Part shown: piece after piece, positions 18,447 through 28,366 of the stretch
Layout: every line of letters begins with the position of its first letter
Numbering within the stretch: position 1 is the first letter of the stretch
Source: Gemmatimonadota bacterium
GTDB lineage: Bacteria > Gemmatimonadota > Gemmatimonadetes > Palauibacterales > Palauibacteraceae
Reading direction: 5' to 3'
Length of the DNA stretch: 64,000 nucleotides
Assembly: GCA_965116475.1 (NCBI GenBank)
Contig: OZ220691.1
Coordinates: 2,432,001 to 2,496,000, forward strand
Translations under genes and position numbers: made by a program
The notes under the pieces: generated by a model
Seen by the model: only the letters and a program-made list of their open reading frames with translations
Database searches by the model: none
What the model was told of the DNA's origin: nothing

Positions 18447-19799
18447 GTGACAGCAATTTCCACCATCGGAACGCTGGAGGCGATTCAGGCCGGGGTGTGG
18501 GGCGTCCCCCTCATCATCCTCCTCCTCACCACCGGCCTCGTCTACACGCTGCTGCTGCGCGGCCTCCAGTTCCGCCGCCTGCCGCAAGCCCTCTGGCTGG
18601 CGCTCGTCAAGCGCCGCGAACCGGAGGGCGAGGGCGACATCTCGCACTTCCAGGCGCTCATGACCGCGCTGGCCGCCACGGTCGGCACGGGGAACATCGT
18701 GGGCGTCGCGACGGCCATCGGCGCGGGCGGCCCGGGGGCGCTCTTCTGGATGTGGGTGACGGGACTCCTCGGGATGGCGACGAAGTACGCGGAAGCGGTA
18801 CTCGGCGTCCGCTACCGGGAGACGGACTCGCGGGGCGAGAAGGCGGGCGGTCCCATGTACTATCTCGAGCACGGCCTCGGCCGGGGCGGGCTCGGCCGAG
18901 GCCTGGCGATCGCCTTCGCGCTCTTCGCGACGCTCGCCGCTTTCGGCATCGGCAACGGCGTCCAGTCTCAGGCGGTGGCGGACGCGATGAACGAGTCGTT
19001 TCACCTGCCGCACTGGATCACGGGACTCGTCACGGCGGCCGCCGTCGGGCTCGTCATCATCGGCGGGATCCGGTCCATCGGGCGCGTGGCGAGTGTCATC
19101 GTGCCGGCGATGATCATCCTCTACATGGGCGTCGCCGGCGTCGTCCTCATCTCCAATGCGGCGGCGATCCCCGCGGCCTTCCGGCTCGTGTTCGAGCATG
19201 CGTTTGGGGGGCGGGCAGCGGCCGGCGGGGTCCTCGGCTACACCGTCCTCCAGGCGATGCGTTTCGGCGTCGCGCGCGGGATCTTCTCGAACGAATCGGG
19301 ACTGGGCACCGGGGCGATCGCCGCCGCCGCGGCGCAGACGCGCGAGCCGGTGCGGCAGGCGCTCGTCTCCATGACGCAGACGTTCATCGACACCATCGTC
19401 GTCTGCACCTTCACGGGGCTCGCGATTCTGACCACGGGGGCGTGGAAATCGGGGGCCGAGGGCGCGAACATGACGCAACTGGCCTTCGACACGAGCCTCC
19501 TCGCGGGCGCGGGGGACATCGTCGTCGCGCTCGGCCTCGCGACCTTCGCCTTCAGCACGATGCTCGGGTGGTCCTACTACGGAGAACGGAGCTTCGCCTA
19601 CCTCTTCGGCGAACGCGTGATCCGTCCCTATCGGCTGGTGTTCGTGCTCGTGGTCGGGCTCGCCGCGGTCGTGGAACTCGATGTCGTGTGGCTCATCTCC
19701 GACATCCTCAACGGCCTCATGGCCGCGCCGAACCTGGTGGGACTCCTCCTCCTCTCCGGCCTCGTGCGGCGAGAGACACGGAGCTACTTCAGCCGCTAG
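18447..19799 (+). CDS. Alanine/glycine:cation symporter (AgcS family)
   Basis: [43 protein letters not shown]. Confidence 0.93.
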   Translation: MTAISTIGTLEAIQAGVWGVPLIILLLTTGLVYTLLLRGLQFRRLPQALWLALVKRREPEGEGDISHFQALMTALAATVGTGNIVGVATAIGAGGPGALFWMWVTGLLGMATKYAEAVLGVRYRETDSRGEKAGGPMYYLEHGLGRGGLGRGLAIAFALFATLAAFGIGNGVQSQAVADAMNESFHLPHWITGLVTAAAVGLVIIGGIRSIGRVASVIVPAMIILYMGVAGVVLISNAAAIPAAFRLVFEHAFGGRAAAGGVLGYTVLQAMRFGVARGIFSNESGLGTGAIAAAAAQTREPVRQALVSMTQTFIDTIVVCTFTGLAILTTGAWKSGAEGANMTQLAFDTSLLAGAGDIVVALGLATFAFSTMLGWSYYGERSFAYLFGERVIRPYRLVFVLVVGLAAVVELDVVWLISDILNGLMAAPNLVGLLLLSGLVRRETRSYFSR

Positions 19800-19814
19800 C
19801 GTCGTGTACGGACG

Positions 19815-20090
19815 CTAGCCGCGGAAGGGCGGGTAGTGGCCGAGGTCGTAGGCGCGGATCGAGAGGACGCCGTGCGACCCGATCCCCACGTCGGCGAGGG
19901 TGCGCGTCTCGTCGCGGATGCGGCGCTCGGCGAACTCGGTGTAGAAGTCGCCGGGGTTGTCCGAGGAGCGCTGGAGCATCGCGCGGATGCCGAAGGCCTT
20001 GGCGTCGGCGACGGTCGTGTCGTCGGGCAGTTCGGCGACGTGCTCGAGCCAGCGGTCGGGCATGATGAGGCGAACCGTGATGGCGTTCAT
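19815..20090 (-). CDS. Small ubiquitin-like (beta-grasp, YukD/EsaB-like) protein
   Basis: 91 aa; ITVRL...DDTTVADAK...RDETRTLADVGI...VLSI follows the ubiquitin pattern. Confidence 0.55.
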   Translation of the reverse strand: MNAITVRLIMPDRWLEHVAELPDDTTVADAKAFGIRAMLQRSSDNPGDFYTEFAERRIRDETRTLADVGIGSHGVLSIRAYDLGHYPPFRG

Positions 20091-20353
20091 GCGTGGACGT
20101 TGCGGAGGGTGTAGAGGAAACGCTTCGCGAGGTCGGTCACGTCGAGGCCCACGACGCGGTCGGTCTCGACGCGGACGTTCGTGTGGCCGCCCGCCCGGTC
20201 GACCGCAAAGCGGGCCAGGCCGATCTCGCCGGCGAAGGTGACCGATGCGTCGGTCTCCTCGTGAACCCGAAGCCTGGAGTGCTCGCCGAAGAAGCTCTTC
20301 GCGCGGTCGAGCACATCTTCCGGGGACAGGTCGGTGATCGTGACGTATCGCAT
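20087..20353 (-). CDS. Hypothetical protein (88 aa) coupled to the ubiquitin-like gene
   Basis: MRYVTITDLSPEDVLDRAKSFF...; genome-typical codon usage; ATGA overlap with the next gene. Confidence 0.7.
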   Translation of the reverse strand: MRYVTITDLSPEDVLDRAKSFFGEHSRLRVHEETDASVTFAGEIGLARFAVDRAGGHTNVRVETDRVVGLDVTDLAKRFLYTLRNVHA

Positions 20354-20519
20354 GTCGATTCCGGTTCGGCGATCGCAGCCCGGGGCCCGCGGCGCCGAAG
20401 CCGGGGCCCTCGTTGGGGCCGCAAAATCTTGCCGCCCCGGCGGCGCGTCAACCGGACCGCGGGAGGACCGCGAGCAAACAATTCGCCACAGGCGGCTGGG
20501 GGCGATACCATCTCCCGCC

Positions 20520-21620
20520 ATGAACCCTCCAATCTCGTTCGGCCGCTTCTTTCTGCCCGGCCCGACCGAAGTCCCTCCGGATCTGTTCGATGCCATGCGG
20601 CGACCCGTCGTCGGACACCGGAGCGCCGAGGTCTCGGGCTTGGTCGAGGCGATGCAGCCGCTTGCGTCGCGACTCTTCCGGACGTCGCGGCCCGTGTATC
20701 TCTCGACCTCGTCCGCCACCGGCATGATGGAAGCGGCGATCACGAACCTCACGCGCCGCCGCGTCCTCTGTCTCACGAACGGGTCGTTCAGCAAGCGGTT
20801 CCACGCGATCGCCGAAGCGACGGGGCGTCCCGCGGATGCGCTCGAGGCGGAGTGGGGTGAGCCGAACCTGCCGGAGCGGCTGCGCGACGCGCTTTCCGCG
20901 GCGCCCGGCCGCTACGACCTCGTCACCGTCGTCCACTCCGAGAGTTCGACCGGCGTCCTCAATCCGCTGGAGGAACTCGCCGCCGTCGTGCACGAGTTCG
21001 ACGACGTGCTGATCGCCGTCGATACGGTCTCGTCGCTGGCCGGGGCGCCGGTGGAGACGGACGAGTGGGGACTGGACTTCGTCCTCACGGGGTCGCAGAA
21101 GGCGGTGGCGCTGCCGCCGGGCCTCGCGCTGGCCGTGGCGTCCGAGCGGGCGCTCGCCCGCGCGGAGGAGGTCGAGCACCGGGGCTTCTACTTCGACATC
21201 CTCAAGTTCGAGAAGAACCTCGAGCGCTGGCAGACGCCGAACACGCCGGCCGTCTCGCTCTTCTTCGCGCTCGAGCGGCAGTTGGACCGGATGATGGAGG
21301 AAGGGCTCGAGGCGCGCTGGGAGCGTCACGATGCGATGGCCCGCCGCACGCACGAATGGGTGGACGAGACGGCCGCGCGCACGGGCCGGCCGTGGCGCGT
21401 GCTGGCGCCGGAAGGCTACCGCTCGCCCTGCGTGACCGTCATCATGCTTCCGGACGGTCTGACGGGTCCCGAGGTCGTCTCCCGCGCGCTGGCGCACGGA
21501 TACACGGTGGCGGCGGGCTACGGGCCCCTGAAGCAGCCGTCCTTCCGGATCGGACACATGGGCGAGCACACGCTCGACGAGCTGGAGGCGCTCCTGGCCG
21601 TCCTCGACGAAGTTCTGTGA
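20520..21620 (+). CDS. Class V PLP aminotransferase (alanine-glyoxylate/phosphoserine type)
   Basis: FLPGPTEV, VHSESSTG, DTVSS, GSQKAVALPPG, FRIGHMG; precedes serA. Confidence 0.9.
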   Translation: MNPPISFGRFFLPGPTEVPPDLFDAMRRPVVGHRSAEVSGLVEAMQPLASRLFRTSRPVYLSTSSATGMMEAAITNLTRRRVLCLTNGSFSKRFHAIAEATGRPADALEAEWGEPNLPERLRDALSAAPGRYDLVTVVHSESSTGVLNPLEELAAVVHEFDDVLIAVDTVSSLAGAPVETDEWGLDFVLTGSQKAVALPPGLALAVASERALARAEEVEHRGFYFDILKFEKNLERWQTPNTPAVSLFFALERQLDRMMEEGLEARWERHDAMARRTHEWVDETAARTGRPWRVLAPEGYRSPCVTVIMLPDGLTGPEVVSRALAHGYTVAAGYGPLKQPSFRIGHMGEHTLDELEALLAVLDEVL

Positions 21621-21655
21621 TCTGAACGCGAGCCACCCACCGTGAGCGAGACGCC

Positions 21656-23266
21656 GTGAGCGAGACTGCCGGAGACGCCCAGCGCCTTCTCATCGCGGAC
21701 CCCCTTCTCCCGGAGGGGATCGAAACGCTGCGCGCCGCTCCGGGAATCGCCGTCGAAGACCGCAGCGAAGGGGACCGCGAGGGGCTCCTGCGCGCGCTGC
21801 CGGGCGCGTCGGCGCTGATCGTGCGCAGCCGCACGAAGGTGGATGCGGAGCTCATCGAAGCCGGCGATTCGCTCCGGGTCATCGGCCGCGCGGGCGTCGG
21901 CGTGGACAACATCGACATCCCCGCCGCGACCCGCCGCGGGATCGCGGTGCTGAACGCTCCGGCCGCGAATACCCAGTCGACCGCCGAGTTGGCGTTCGCG
22001 CTCCTCCTGGCGGCGGCCCGCCGGATTCCGGAGGCGGATGCGAGCATCCGCGCGGGAGAGTGGAGGCGAAAGGAACTGCGGGGCATCCAGCTCAGCGGAA
22101 AGACGCTGGGCGTGATCGGGCTCGGCCGCATCGGGGCGGAGGTGGTCTGGCGCGCGCGGGCGTTCGGGATGCGCGTGATCGCCCACGATCCGTTCGTGAG
22201 CGCCGACCGGGCGAGCGACCTGGGGGTCGAGCTCGCCGACCTCGACGCACTGCTGCCCGCGTGCCACGCGATCACCGTCCACGTCCCGCTCTCCGCGGAG
22301 AACCGCGGTTTCATCGGCAGCACGGAGCTTGCGGCCATGCGGCCGGGCGCGATCCTGATCAACGCGGCGCGCGGCGGGCTCATCGACGAGGCCGCGCTGG
22401 CCGACGCGCTGCGGAGCGGCCATCTGGGCGCCGCCGGACTCGATGTGTTCGCGACGGAGCCGCTCCCCGCCGACAGCCCGCTGCGGGATGCACCGCAACT
22501 CGTATTCAGCCCCCACCTCGGGGCCTCGACCTTCGAAGCCCAGCGGCAGGTATCCCGGCAGATCGCCATCGCCGTGCGCAACGCGCTCATCGAGGGCGAT
22601 TTCAGCGCCGCGCTCAACGCCCCGTTCGAGGCCGAAGATCGTGACGGGGCCGGGCCCATCATGTACCTCGGCCGCTGTCTTGGCCGCCTGCTGGCCGGAC
22701 TCGACGACGCGGCGCCGAGCCGGATCGAAGTCCGCTACGGCGGGCCGCGCGATGGCGTCCTCGGACCCCTCGCGGCGAGCGTGGCGGTGGGCTTTCTCGA
22801 ACGCCGGGTCGACCCGCCCCTCAACGTCGTGAACGCGCTGTCGATCGCGGGCGAGCGCGGTCTGGAGATCGTCCGCGTCCGCACGCAGGCCGAGGGGGAC
22901 TACACGAACTACGTCGAACTCGGGGTGCGGTACGGCCGGAGTGAGTCGGAGGTCGTGGGCGGCGCGCTGATGGGCACACGGATGGAGCCGCGGATCGTGC
23001 GCGTGGGCACGTTTCGCGTCGACACGCAGCCGCGCGGCACCTGCCTCTTCATCCGCAATCGCGACCGGCCGGGCGTGATCGGCGCGGTGGGCACCGTCCT
23101 CGGCGAGGCGAACGCGAACATCGCCGAATACCACCTGGCGCGTCGCCGCGGCGGGGGCCGTTCCCTCGGCGTGGTGCGGATCGACGGCGAAGTCCCGCCG
23201 GAGGTGCTCCGCGGCCTGAGCCAACTCGACGGCATCGACGAAGTCCGCCAGATCCACTTCGACTGA
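21656..23266 (+). CDS. serA: D-3-phosphoglycerate dehydrogenase
   Basis: RAGVGVDNID, GLGRIG, INAARGG, SPHLGAST, C-terminal ACT domain. Confidence 0.93.
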   Translation: MSETAGDAQRLLIADPLLPEGIETLRAAPGIAVEDRSEGDREGLLRALPGASALIVRSRTKVDAELIEAGDSLRVIGRAGVGVDNIDIPAATRRGIAVLNAPAANTQSTAELAFALLLAAARRIPEADASIRAGEWRRKELRGIQLSGKTLGVIGLGRIGAEVVWRARAFGMRVIAHDPFVSADRASDLGVELADLDALLPACHAITVHVPLSAENRGFIGSTELAAMRPGAILINAARGGLIDEAALADALRSGHLGAAGLDVFATEPLPADSPLRDAPQLVFSPHLGASTFEAQRQVSRQIAIAVRNALIEGDFSAALNAPFEAEDRDGAGPIMYLGRCLGRLLAGLDDAAPSRIEVRYGGPRDGVLGPLAASVAVGFLERRVDPPLNVVNALSIAGERGLEIVRVRTQAEGDYTNYVELGVRYGRSESEVVGGALMGTRMEPRIVRVGTFRVDTQPRGTCLFIRNRDRPGVIGAVGTVLGEANANIAEYHLARRRGGGRSLGVVRIDGEVPPEVLRGLSQLDGIDEVRQIHFD

Positions 23267-23336
23267 GCTGTTTCGGGGGGGCGGCCGGCGTTTCCGGGGC
23301 ATTCGCGCCTCCGAGCTGCCTCGCACATCATGTATC

Positions 23337-23530
23337 ATGACTTCCAGCCATGATTCTGCCGGCAAACCTCGTCTTTCGGACCCGGATCGCCACCCCGCGC
23401 TCTCGATCGTCGGACTCTTCCGCGGTACGCCGCGGCTGGAGGCGGAGCCTCCCTGCAATGTGGCGCGCGCCCACGACGAGTTTCTCGCCGATGCGGAAAT
23501 CGCCTCGTGGTCGTCCGATCAGAGCGATGC
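23337..23530 (+). pseudogene. Possible antitoxin-like fragment
   Basis: HPALSIVGLF...NVARAHDEFLADA resembles antitoxin C-termini; no DNA-binding domain or toxin nearby. Confidence 0.25.
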
Positions 23531-23535
23531 AGCCG

Positions 23536-24453
23536 TCAGGCGGGAGGACTCCACACGGCGGCGACCGCCGGGTTCGGGGTGGAGAGACGGTCGGGATGGA
23601 GGAGTCCACCGAGGATTTCGACGCCGGTGACGAAGCGGGGGCCCGAGCGGTTGAAGTAGGAGGAGGCGTCGACGACCCAGGCGCGGCCCTCGGCGACGGC
23701 GCGCGGAGCGACACGTTCAAGTTGCTGCGCATGGGCGTCGGCGTCCGTCCGCGCCGCCTCCAGACCGTAGCCGCACGGCATGAGGAGGAGCGCGTCCGGA
23801 TCGAGGTCTCCGATCTCCTCCCAAGACACCTCGCGGGAAGGCTGCCCCGCCTCGCCCGCCAGGTTCCGGCCGCCGGCGAGTTCGACCATCTCGGGCACCC
23901 AGTGGCCGGGCGCGAACGGCGGATCGAACCACTCGATCCCGAGCACCCCCGGCGGGTCCGCGTCCCCCACGGCCGCCCGCACCGCGTCGAGTCGCCTTCG
24001 GAGCGATCCTCCCGCGTCCCGGGCGACGTGCGGATGGCCGGCGGCCCGCGCCACCTGTGTGAGCGAGGCGAGGATGTCCTCGATCGTATGCGCGTCGAGC
24101 GACACGACCTCCGCATCGATCTCGCGCGCCCCGAGCACCTCCCGCACCCCGCCGGTCGGCACGGCGCACACCTCGCACACGGCCTGCGTGAGAATGATGT
24201 CCGGATCGAGCCCTTCGAGGACGGCGCCGTCGATCTCATACACGCTGCCGTGTTCGATCATGGCCTGCCGCACGGCGGCGTCGATCTCCCCGCTCGAGAG
24301 GCCTTCCGGATCGAAGCGGGGGCGGCTGACGCGGGGACGGTCGAGCAGGTGCGGCGGGTGATCGCACTCGTGCGAGATGCCGACGAGGCTTTCGCCGAGA
24401 CCGAGCGCGTCGACGATCTCCGTCCCGGACGCGAGAAGCGAAACGATCCGCAT
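23536..24453 (-). CDS. BtuF/cobalamin-binding-like protein without signal peptide
   Basis: MRIVSLLASGTEIV, VGISHECDHP, LTQAVCEVCAV, GHWVPEMV, YFNRSGPR. Confidence 0.85.
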   Translation of the reverse strand: MRIVSLLASGTEIVDALGLGESLVGISHECDHPPHLLDRPRVSRPRFDPEGLSSGEIDAAVRQAMIEHGSVYEIDGAVLEGLDPDIILTQAVCEVCAVPTGGVREVLGAREIDAEVVSLDAHTIEDILASLTQVARAAGHPHVARDAGGSLRRRLDAVRAAVGDADPPGVLGIEWFDPPFAPGHWVPEMVELAGGRNLAGEAGQPSREVSWEEIGDLDPDALLLMPCGYGLEAARTDADAHAQQLERVAPRAVAEGRAWVVDASSYFNRSGPRFVTGVEILGGLLHPDRLSTPNPAVAAVWSPPA

Positions 24454-25619
24454 CAGTATTGCGGCATCGCGGGGTCGATCTCCTCGGCCCACGCGAGGAT
24501 CCCCCCCGCGAGGTTCACGGCGTTGTCGAATCCGACCGCGCGCAGGTACTCGACGGCGCGATCGCCGCGGGGACCCGAGCGGCAATGGATGATGAGGGGT
24601 TCCGACGCGTCCAGGCTCTCGACGGCCTGCGGGAGCGTGGCGAGCGGCACGAGACGCGCCCCGGCAGCCTCTTCGAGGTTGCAGATCGCCCACTCGTAGT
24701 CCTCTCGCACGTCGATGAGCTGGAAGCGCTCGCCGGCATCGACCCGGCGCTTCAGTTCGTGTACGTCGATGTCGAAGTCATCCATCACACTCTCCGCTTC
24801 CGCCGCGCCGTCCGCAGTCCCACCGCAGAAGCGCTCGTAGTCGATGAGTTCCGTCACCGTCGGCTCGGGGCCGCACACCACGCACTCGGGGTCGGGCGCG
24901 ATGTCCAGCGAACGAAACTCCATGCGGAGCGCGTCGATGAGGAGCAGCCGGCCGGCGAGCGTCTCGCCGATCCCCGCCAGCCACTTGATCGCCTCGTTCG
25001 CCTGGATCGACCCCACGATCCCGGGCAGGACGCCGAGCACCCCGGCTTCCGCGCAATTCGGCACGAGATCCGGAGGCGGAGGATCGCGAAACAGGCAGCG
25101 ATAGCAGGGACCATCCGGCGCCGCGAACACCGCCGCCTGGCCCTCGAAGCGGAGGATGGCCCCGTACGCGAAGGGCGTCCCGAGCATCACGCAGGCGTCG
25201 TTCACGAGATAGCGGGTCGGGAAGTTGTCGCTCCCGTCGATGACGAAATCCCACCCCTCGAGAATCTCGAGCGCATTCCCGGAATCCAGCCGCGTCTCGA
25301 AGGTCTCGACGGCGATGTCCGGGTTCAGCCCCGCGAGCCGCGTCCGGGCCGAGGCGAGCTTCGGCGTCCCGACCGAATCCGTGTCATACAGCACCTGGCG
25401 CTGCAGGTTCGAGAGGTCCACGCGGTCGTGGTCCACGAGCCCGATCCGTCCCACCCCCGCCGCGGCGAGGTAAAGCGCGGCCGGCGAACCCAGCCCGCCC
25501 GCGCCCACGATGAGCACGCTCGAAGCCAGCAGGCGCCGCTGGCCCTCCACCCCCACCTCCGGGATGCTGACGTGACGCCCGTAGCGGACGAGTTCGTCGC
25601 GGGACAGGCCGCCGGTCAT
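24453..25619 (-). CDS. moeB: MoeB/ThiF adenylyltransferase fused to rhodanese (MoeZ type)
   Basis: GAGGLG, SNLQRQ, CYRC and CVVC zinc motifs, NCAEAGVLG, rhodanese HCRSG. Confidence 0.92.
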   Translation of the reverse strand: MTGGLSRDELVRYGRHVSIPEVGVEGQRRLLASSVLIVGAGGLGSPAALYLAAAGVGRIGLVDHDRVDLSNLQRQVLYDTDSVGTPKLASARTRLAGLNPDIAVETFETRLDSGNALEILEGWDFVIDGSDNFPTRYLVNDACVMLGTPFAYGAILRFEGQAAVFAAPDGPCYRCLFRDPPPPDLVPNCAEAGVLGVLPGIVGSIQANEAIKWLAGIGETLAGRLLLIDALRMEFRSLDIAPDPECVVCGPEPTVTELIDYERFCGGTADGAAEAESVMDDFDIDVHELKRRVDAGERFQLIDVREDYEWAICNLEEAAGARLVPLATLPQAVESLDASEPLIIHCRSGPRGDRAVEYLRAVGFDNAVNLAGGILAWAEEIDPAMPQY

Positions 25620-25626
25620 CCCGTCC

Positions 25627-26331
25627 TCAGCCGTAGGGCGCGAGCGCGTCGCGCAGCGCCGCCATGTTCGCGGCGATGCCGGGCGCCCACCGGAAGACCG
25701 AGGAGCCGGCCACGAACACCGACGCCCCCGCCGCGGCGCACACGGGAGCGGATGTCGGATCGATCCCTCCGTCCACCTGGATGGCCGGCGCGGCCAGCCC
25801 GCGATCCGCCGCCATCCGAAGCACGGTGGCGATCTTCGGCACGGCCTCGGCGATGAATTTCTGTCCCCCGAACCCCGGGTTCACCGTCATCACGAGGACG
25901 AGGTCCACGTAGCCCAGGACTTCCGACAGCGTTTCCGCGGGCGTGGCCGGGTTGAGCGCGACGCCGGCGTAGCAGCCCAGCTCCCGGATCCGGTGCAGGT
26001 CGCCGTGCAGGTGGGCCGACACCTCCTGGTGGACCGTGACCATGTCGGCCCCCGCCGCCGCGAACGGTTCGAGGAACTCGCCGGGGTTGTCGATCATCAG
26101 GTGCACGTCGAGGAAGGAGTCGGAGACCGCGCGCAGCGACTCCAGCACCGGCAGCCCGATCGTGAGGTTCGGCACGAAGTGCCCGTCCATGACGTCGAGC
26201 TGGAACCACTCCGCGCCCGCGGCCTCCGCCTCGGCGACCTCCGCCCCCAGCCGCGCGTAGTCGGCGGCGAGGATGGACGGGGCGATGACCATCCCCCCGG
26301 GCATGTCCCGATTCAGTCCCCGCTCAGTCAC
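25627..26331 (-). CDS. rpe: Ribulose-phosphate 3-epimerase
   Basis: IAPSILAAD, DVMDGHFVPN, MTVNPGFGGQ, VDGG. Confidence 0.95.
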   Translation of the reverse strand: MTERGLNRDMPGGMVIAPSILAADYARLGAEVAEAEAAGAEWFQLDVMDGHFVPNLTIGLPVLESLRAVSDSFLDVHLMIDNPGEFLEPFAAAGADMVTVHQEVSAHLHGDLHRIRELGCYAGVALNPATPAETLSEVLGYVDLVLVMTVNPGFGGQKFIAEAVPKIATVLRMAADRGLAAPAIQVDGGIDPTSAPVCAAAGASVFVAGSSVFRWAPGIAANMAALRDALAPYG

Positions 26332-26427
26332 GATCCCACTCTCCCCCTCGGTTCTCCCTCTCGGTTCTCCGTCGCGGTTCTCCCGCGCGATCCCGTTTTC
26401 CTGGCCGGCTTGTCGGCGCCAACCGTG

Positions 26428-27654
26428 TCAGATCAGGCGAAGCCGTTCGCCGACCTTCTTCAGGGCGGCGAGGGCGGCGTCGATGTGTTCGCGCTCGTGC
26501 GCGGCCGACAACTGGCAGCGGATCCGGGCCTCGCCGCGCGGAACCACGGGATACCCGAACCCGATGACGAACACGCCCTCGCGCAGCAGTTCGCGGCTGA
26601 GCCGGATCGCATCCGCCGTCTTTCCGATGATCACGGGGACGATCGGCGTGCCGCCGGGAATCGGCCTGTACCCGAGTTCGATCAGCCCTTCGCGATAATA
26701 CTCCGTGTTGTCGCGAAGCCGGGCCACGAGTTCCGGATGCATCTCCAGGTGCTCGATCGCGGCCATGGCCCCGGCCGCCGAATGGCAGGGCAGGGCGTTG
26801 GTGAACAACTGCGTGCGCGACGCCTGAACGAGATAGTCGATCACGGCTTCGGAACTTGCCGTGAAGCCGCCGGCCATGCCTCCGAGCGCCTTGCCGAGCG
26901 TCGACGTGACGATGTCGACCTCGCCGTGCATCCCGAAGTGCTCGGGCGTCCCCCGCCCCGTGTCGCCCAGCACCCCGGTCGCGTGCGAGTCGTCCACGGC
27001 CATGATCGCGTCGTAGCGGTCGCACAGTTCCCGGATCTCCGGCAGCGGCGCGATCTCCCCCTCCATCGAGAAGATGCCGTCGGTGATGACGAGCCGGTGG
27101 CGCGCGTCGCGGCTCGCCTCGAGGGCGTCGCGCAGCGAGTCCATGTCCATGTGGTCGTAGATGAAGCGGCGCGCCTTGCAGAGGCGGATCCCGTCGATGA
27201 TGCAGGCGTGGTTGAGGCGGTCCGAGATCAGGGCGTCGTCCGCGCCCAGGAGCGGCGCGAAGAGGCCCTCGTTCGCGTTCCAGGCGGAGGTGTAGGTGAG
27301 GGAGGCCGGCGTCTCCAGGAAGTCCGCGATCTTCGCCTCGAGTTCGCGGTGGATGTCGAACGTGCCGCAGATGAAGCGCACCGAGGATGTCCCCGCGCCG
27401 TACTTGTCCACCCCGTCCTTCACCGCCTGCATCACCGAGGGTTCGTCGCACAGGCCCAGGTAGTTGTTCGAGCACATGTTGATGGTTTCGCCCAGACCAT
27501 CGATGTCCACGACGGGAGCCTGCTGCCCCATGATGTGCAGCAGTTCCTTGTGAACCCCGTTCTCCTTCATCTCCCCGAGTTCAGAGACGAGGCGGTGCTC
27601 GAGGCCCCGGTTCACGTTCGACGTCATCACATCCCGCTCCTCATACAGTGTCAT
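26428..27654 (-). CDS. kbl: 2-amino-3-ketobutyrate CoA ligase
   Basis: SNNYLGL, SVRFICGT, STLGKALGG, ARIRCQLSAAH; near tdh. Confidence 0.93.
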   Translation of the reverse strand: MTLYEERDVMTSNVNRGLEHRLVSELGEMKENGVHKELLHIMGQQAPVVDIDGLGETINMCSNNYLGLCDEPSVMQAVKDGVDKYGAGTSSVRFICGTFDIHRELEAKIADFLETPASLTYTSAWNANEGLFAPLLGADDALISDRLNHACIIDGIRLCKARRFIYDHMDMDSLRDALEASRDARHRLVITDGIFSMEGEIAPLPEIRELCDRYDAIMAVDDSHATGVLGDTGRGTPEHFGMHGEVDIVTSTLGKALGGMAGGFTASSEAVIDYLVQASRTQLFTNALPCHSAAGAMAAIEHLEMHPELVARLRDNTEYYREGLIELGYRPIPGGTPIVPVIIGKTADAIRLSRELLREGVFVIGFGYPVVPRGEARIRCQLSAAHEREHIDAALAALKKVGERLRLI

Positions 27655-27681
27655 GATCGCGCCGTCCCGGACTCGTGTCGC

Positions 27682-28353
27682 TCAGGGGTAGAAGTCGCCG
27701 ACCCGCTTGTCGGTGGCCCACGCGGTGTCCACGCGGATTCTGGGGCGCGACCCCCAGTTCCCGCACGAGATGAAGCCTCGCAGCCGCCCGCGCACGTGGA
27801 GAACGCGGTCGGTCCCCGCCTCGCGAAGCTCGGGGCTGAGGCCGTCGAGCGCGAATACCCGCTGGCCTCCGATCCACCCCGGCCCGAACAGCCAGCACCC
27901 GGCCGCCTCGCGGATCGTCCCCTCGCCCCAGGTGCGGATGCCGGAGAATCCTCCGCTGTCCGTCGCCACGAGCGTGCCGAGATCGATGTCGGTCCCGGTG
28001 CGGATCCGGTAGCGCCCGGGCGTATCGAGCGTGATGGGCCGCGCCTCGTAGTAGCTGACGTGCTGGGGCGCGCACACCGCCCGGAACGTCGTGCGGCGCG
28101 CCGCGAGATCGATCGAGGAGTCCGTCACGGCAAGCGTGGCCGTGTCCAGCCGTCCGCACGCGTCCTCGGACACGGGCCCGCCGAACTCGAAGGAGAACGG
28201 CGCCCCCACCTCGACGGTCTCCGGATACGCGACCCAGGTGACGAGCGCTTCGCTGGAGGTGCCGTCCCCGAGCCGCCAGCAGCCGGCCGTCAGCAGCGCG
28301 GCGGCGGCGAAGGCCGGGACGATGGGGGTAGCGAGGGGGACGGCGCGCGCCAC
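27682..28353 (-). CDS. Hypothetical lipoprotein
   Basis: Lipobox AAAALLTAGC; several cysteines. Confidence 0.65.
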   Translation of the reverse strand: MARAVPLATPIVPAFAAAALLTAGCWRLGDGTSSEALVTWVAYPETVEVGAPFSFEFGGPVSEDACGRLDTATLAVTDSSIDLAARRTTFRAVCAPQHVSYYEARPITLDTPGRYRIRTGTDIDLGTLVATDSGGFSGIRTWGEGTIREAAGCWLFGPGWIGGQRVFALDGLSPELREAGTDRVLHVRGRLRGFISCGNWGSRPRIRVDTAWATDKRVGDFYP

Positions 28354-28366
28354 GGCGTCGAAACGG

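Noticed and set aside
23320..23348. dif-like site (gcacatcatgtatc)
   Set aside because: The XerD arm (ttatgttaaat) is not matched.
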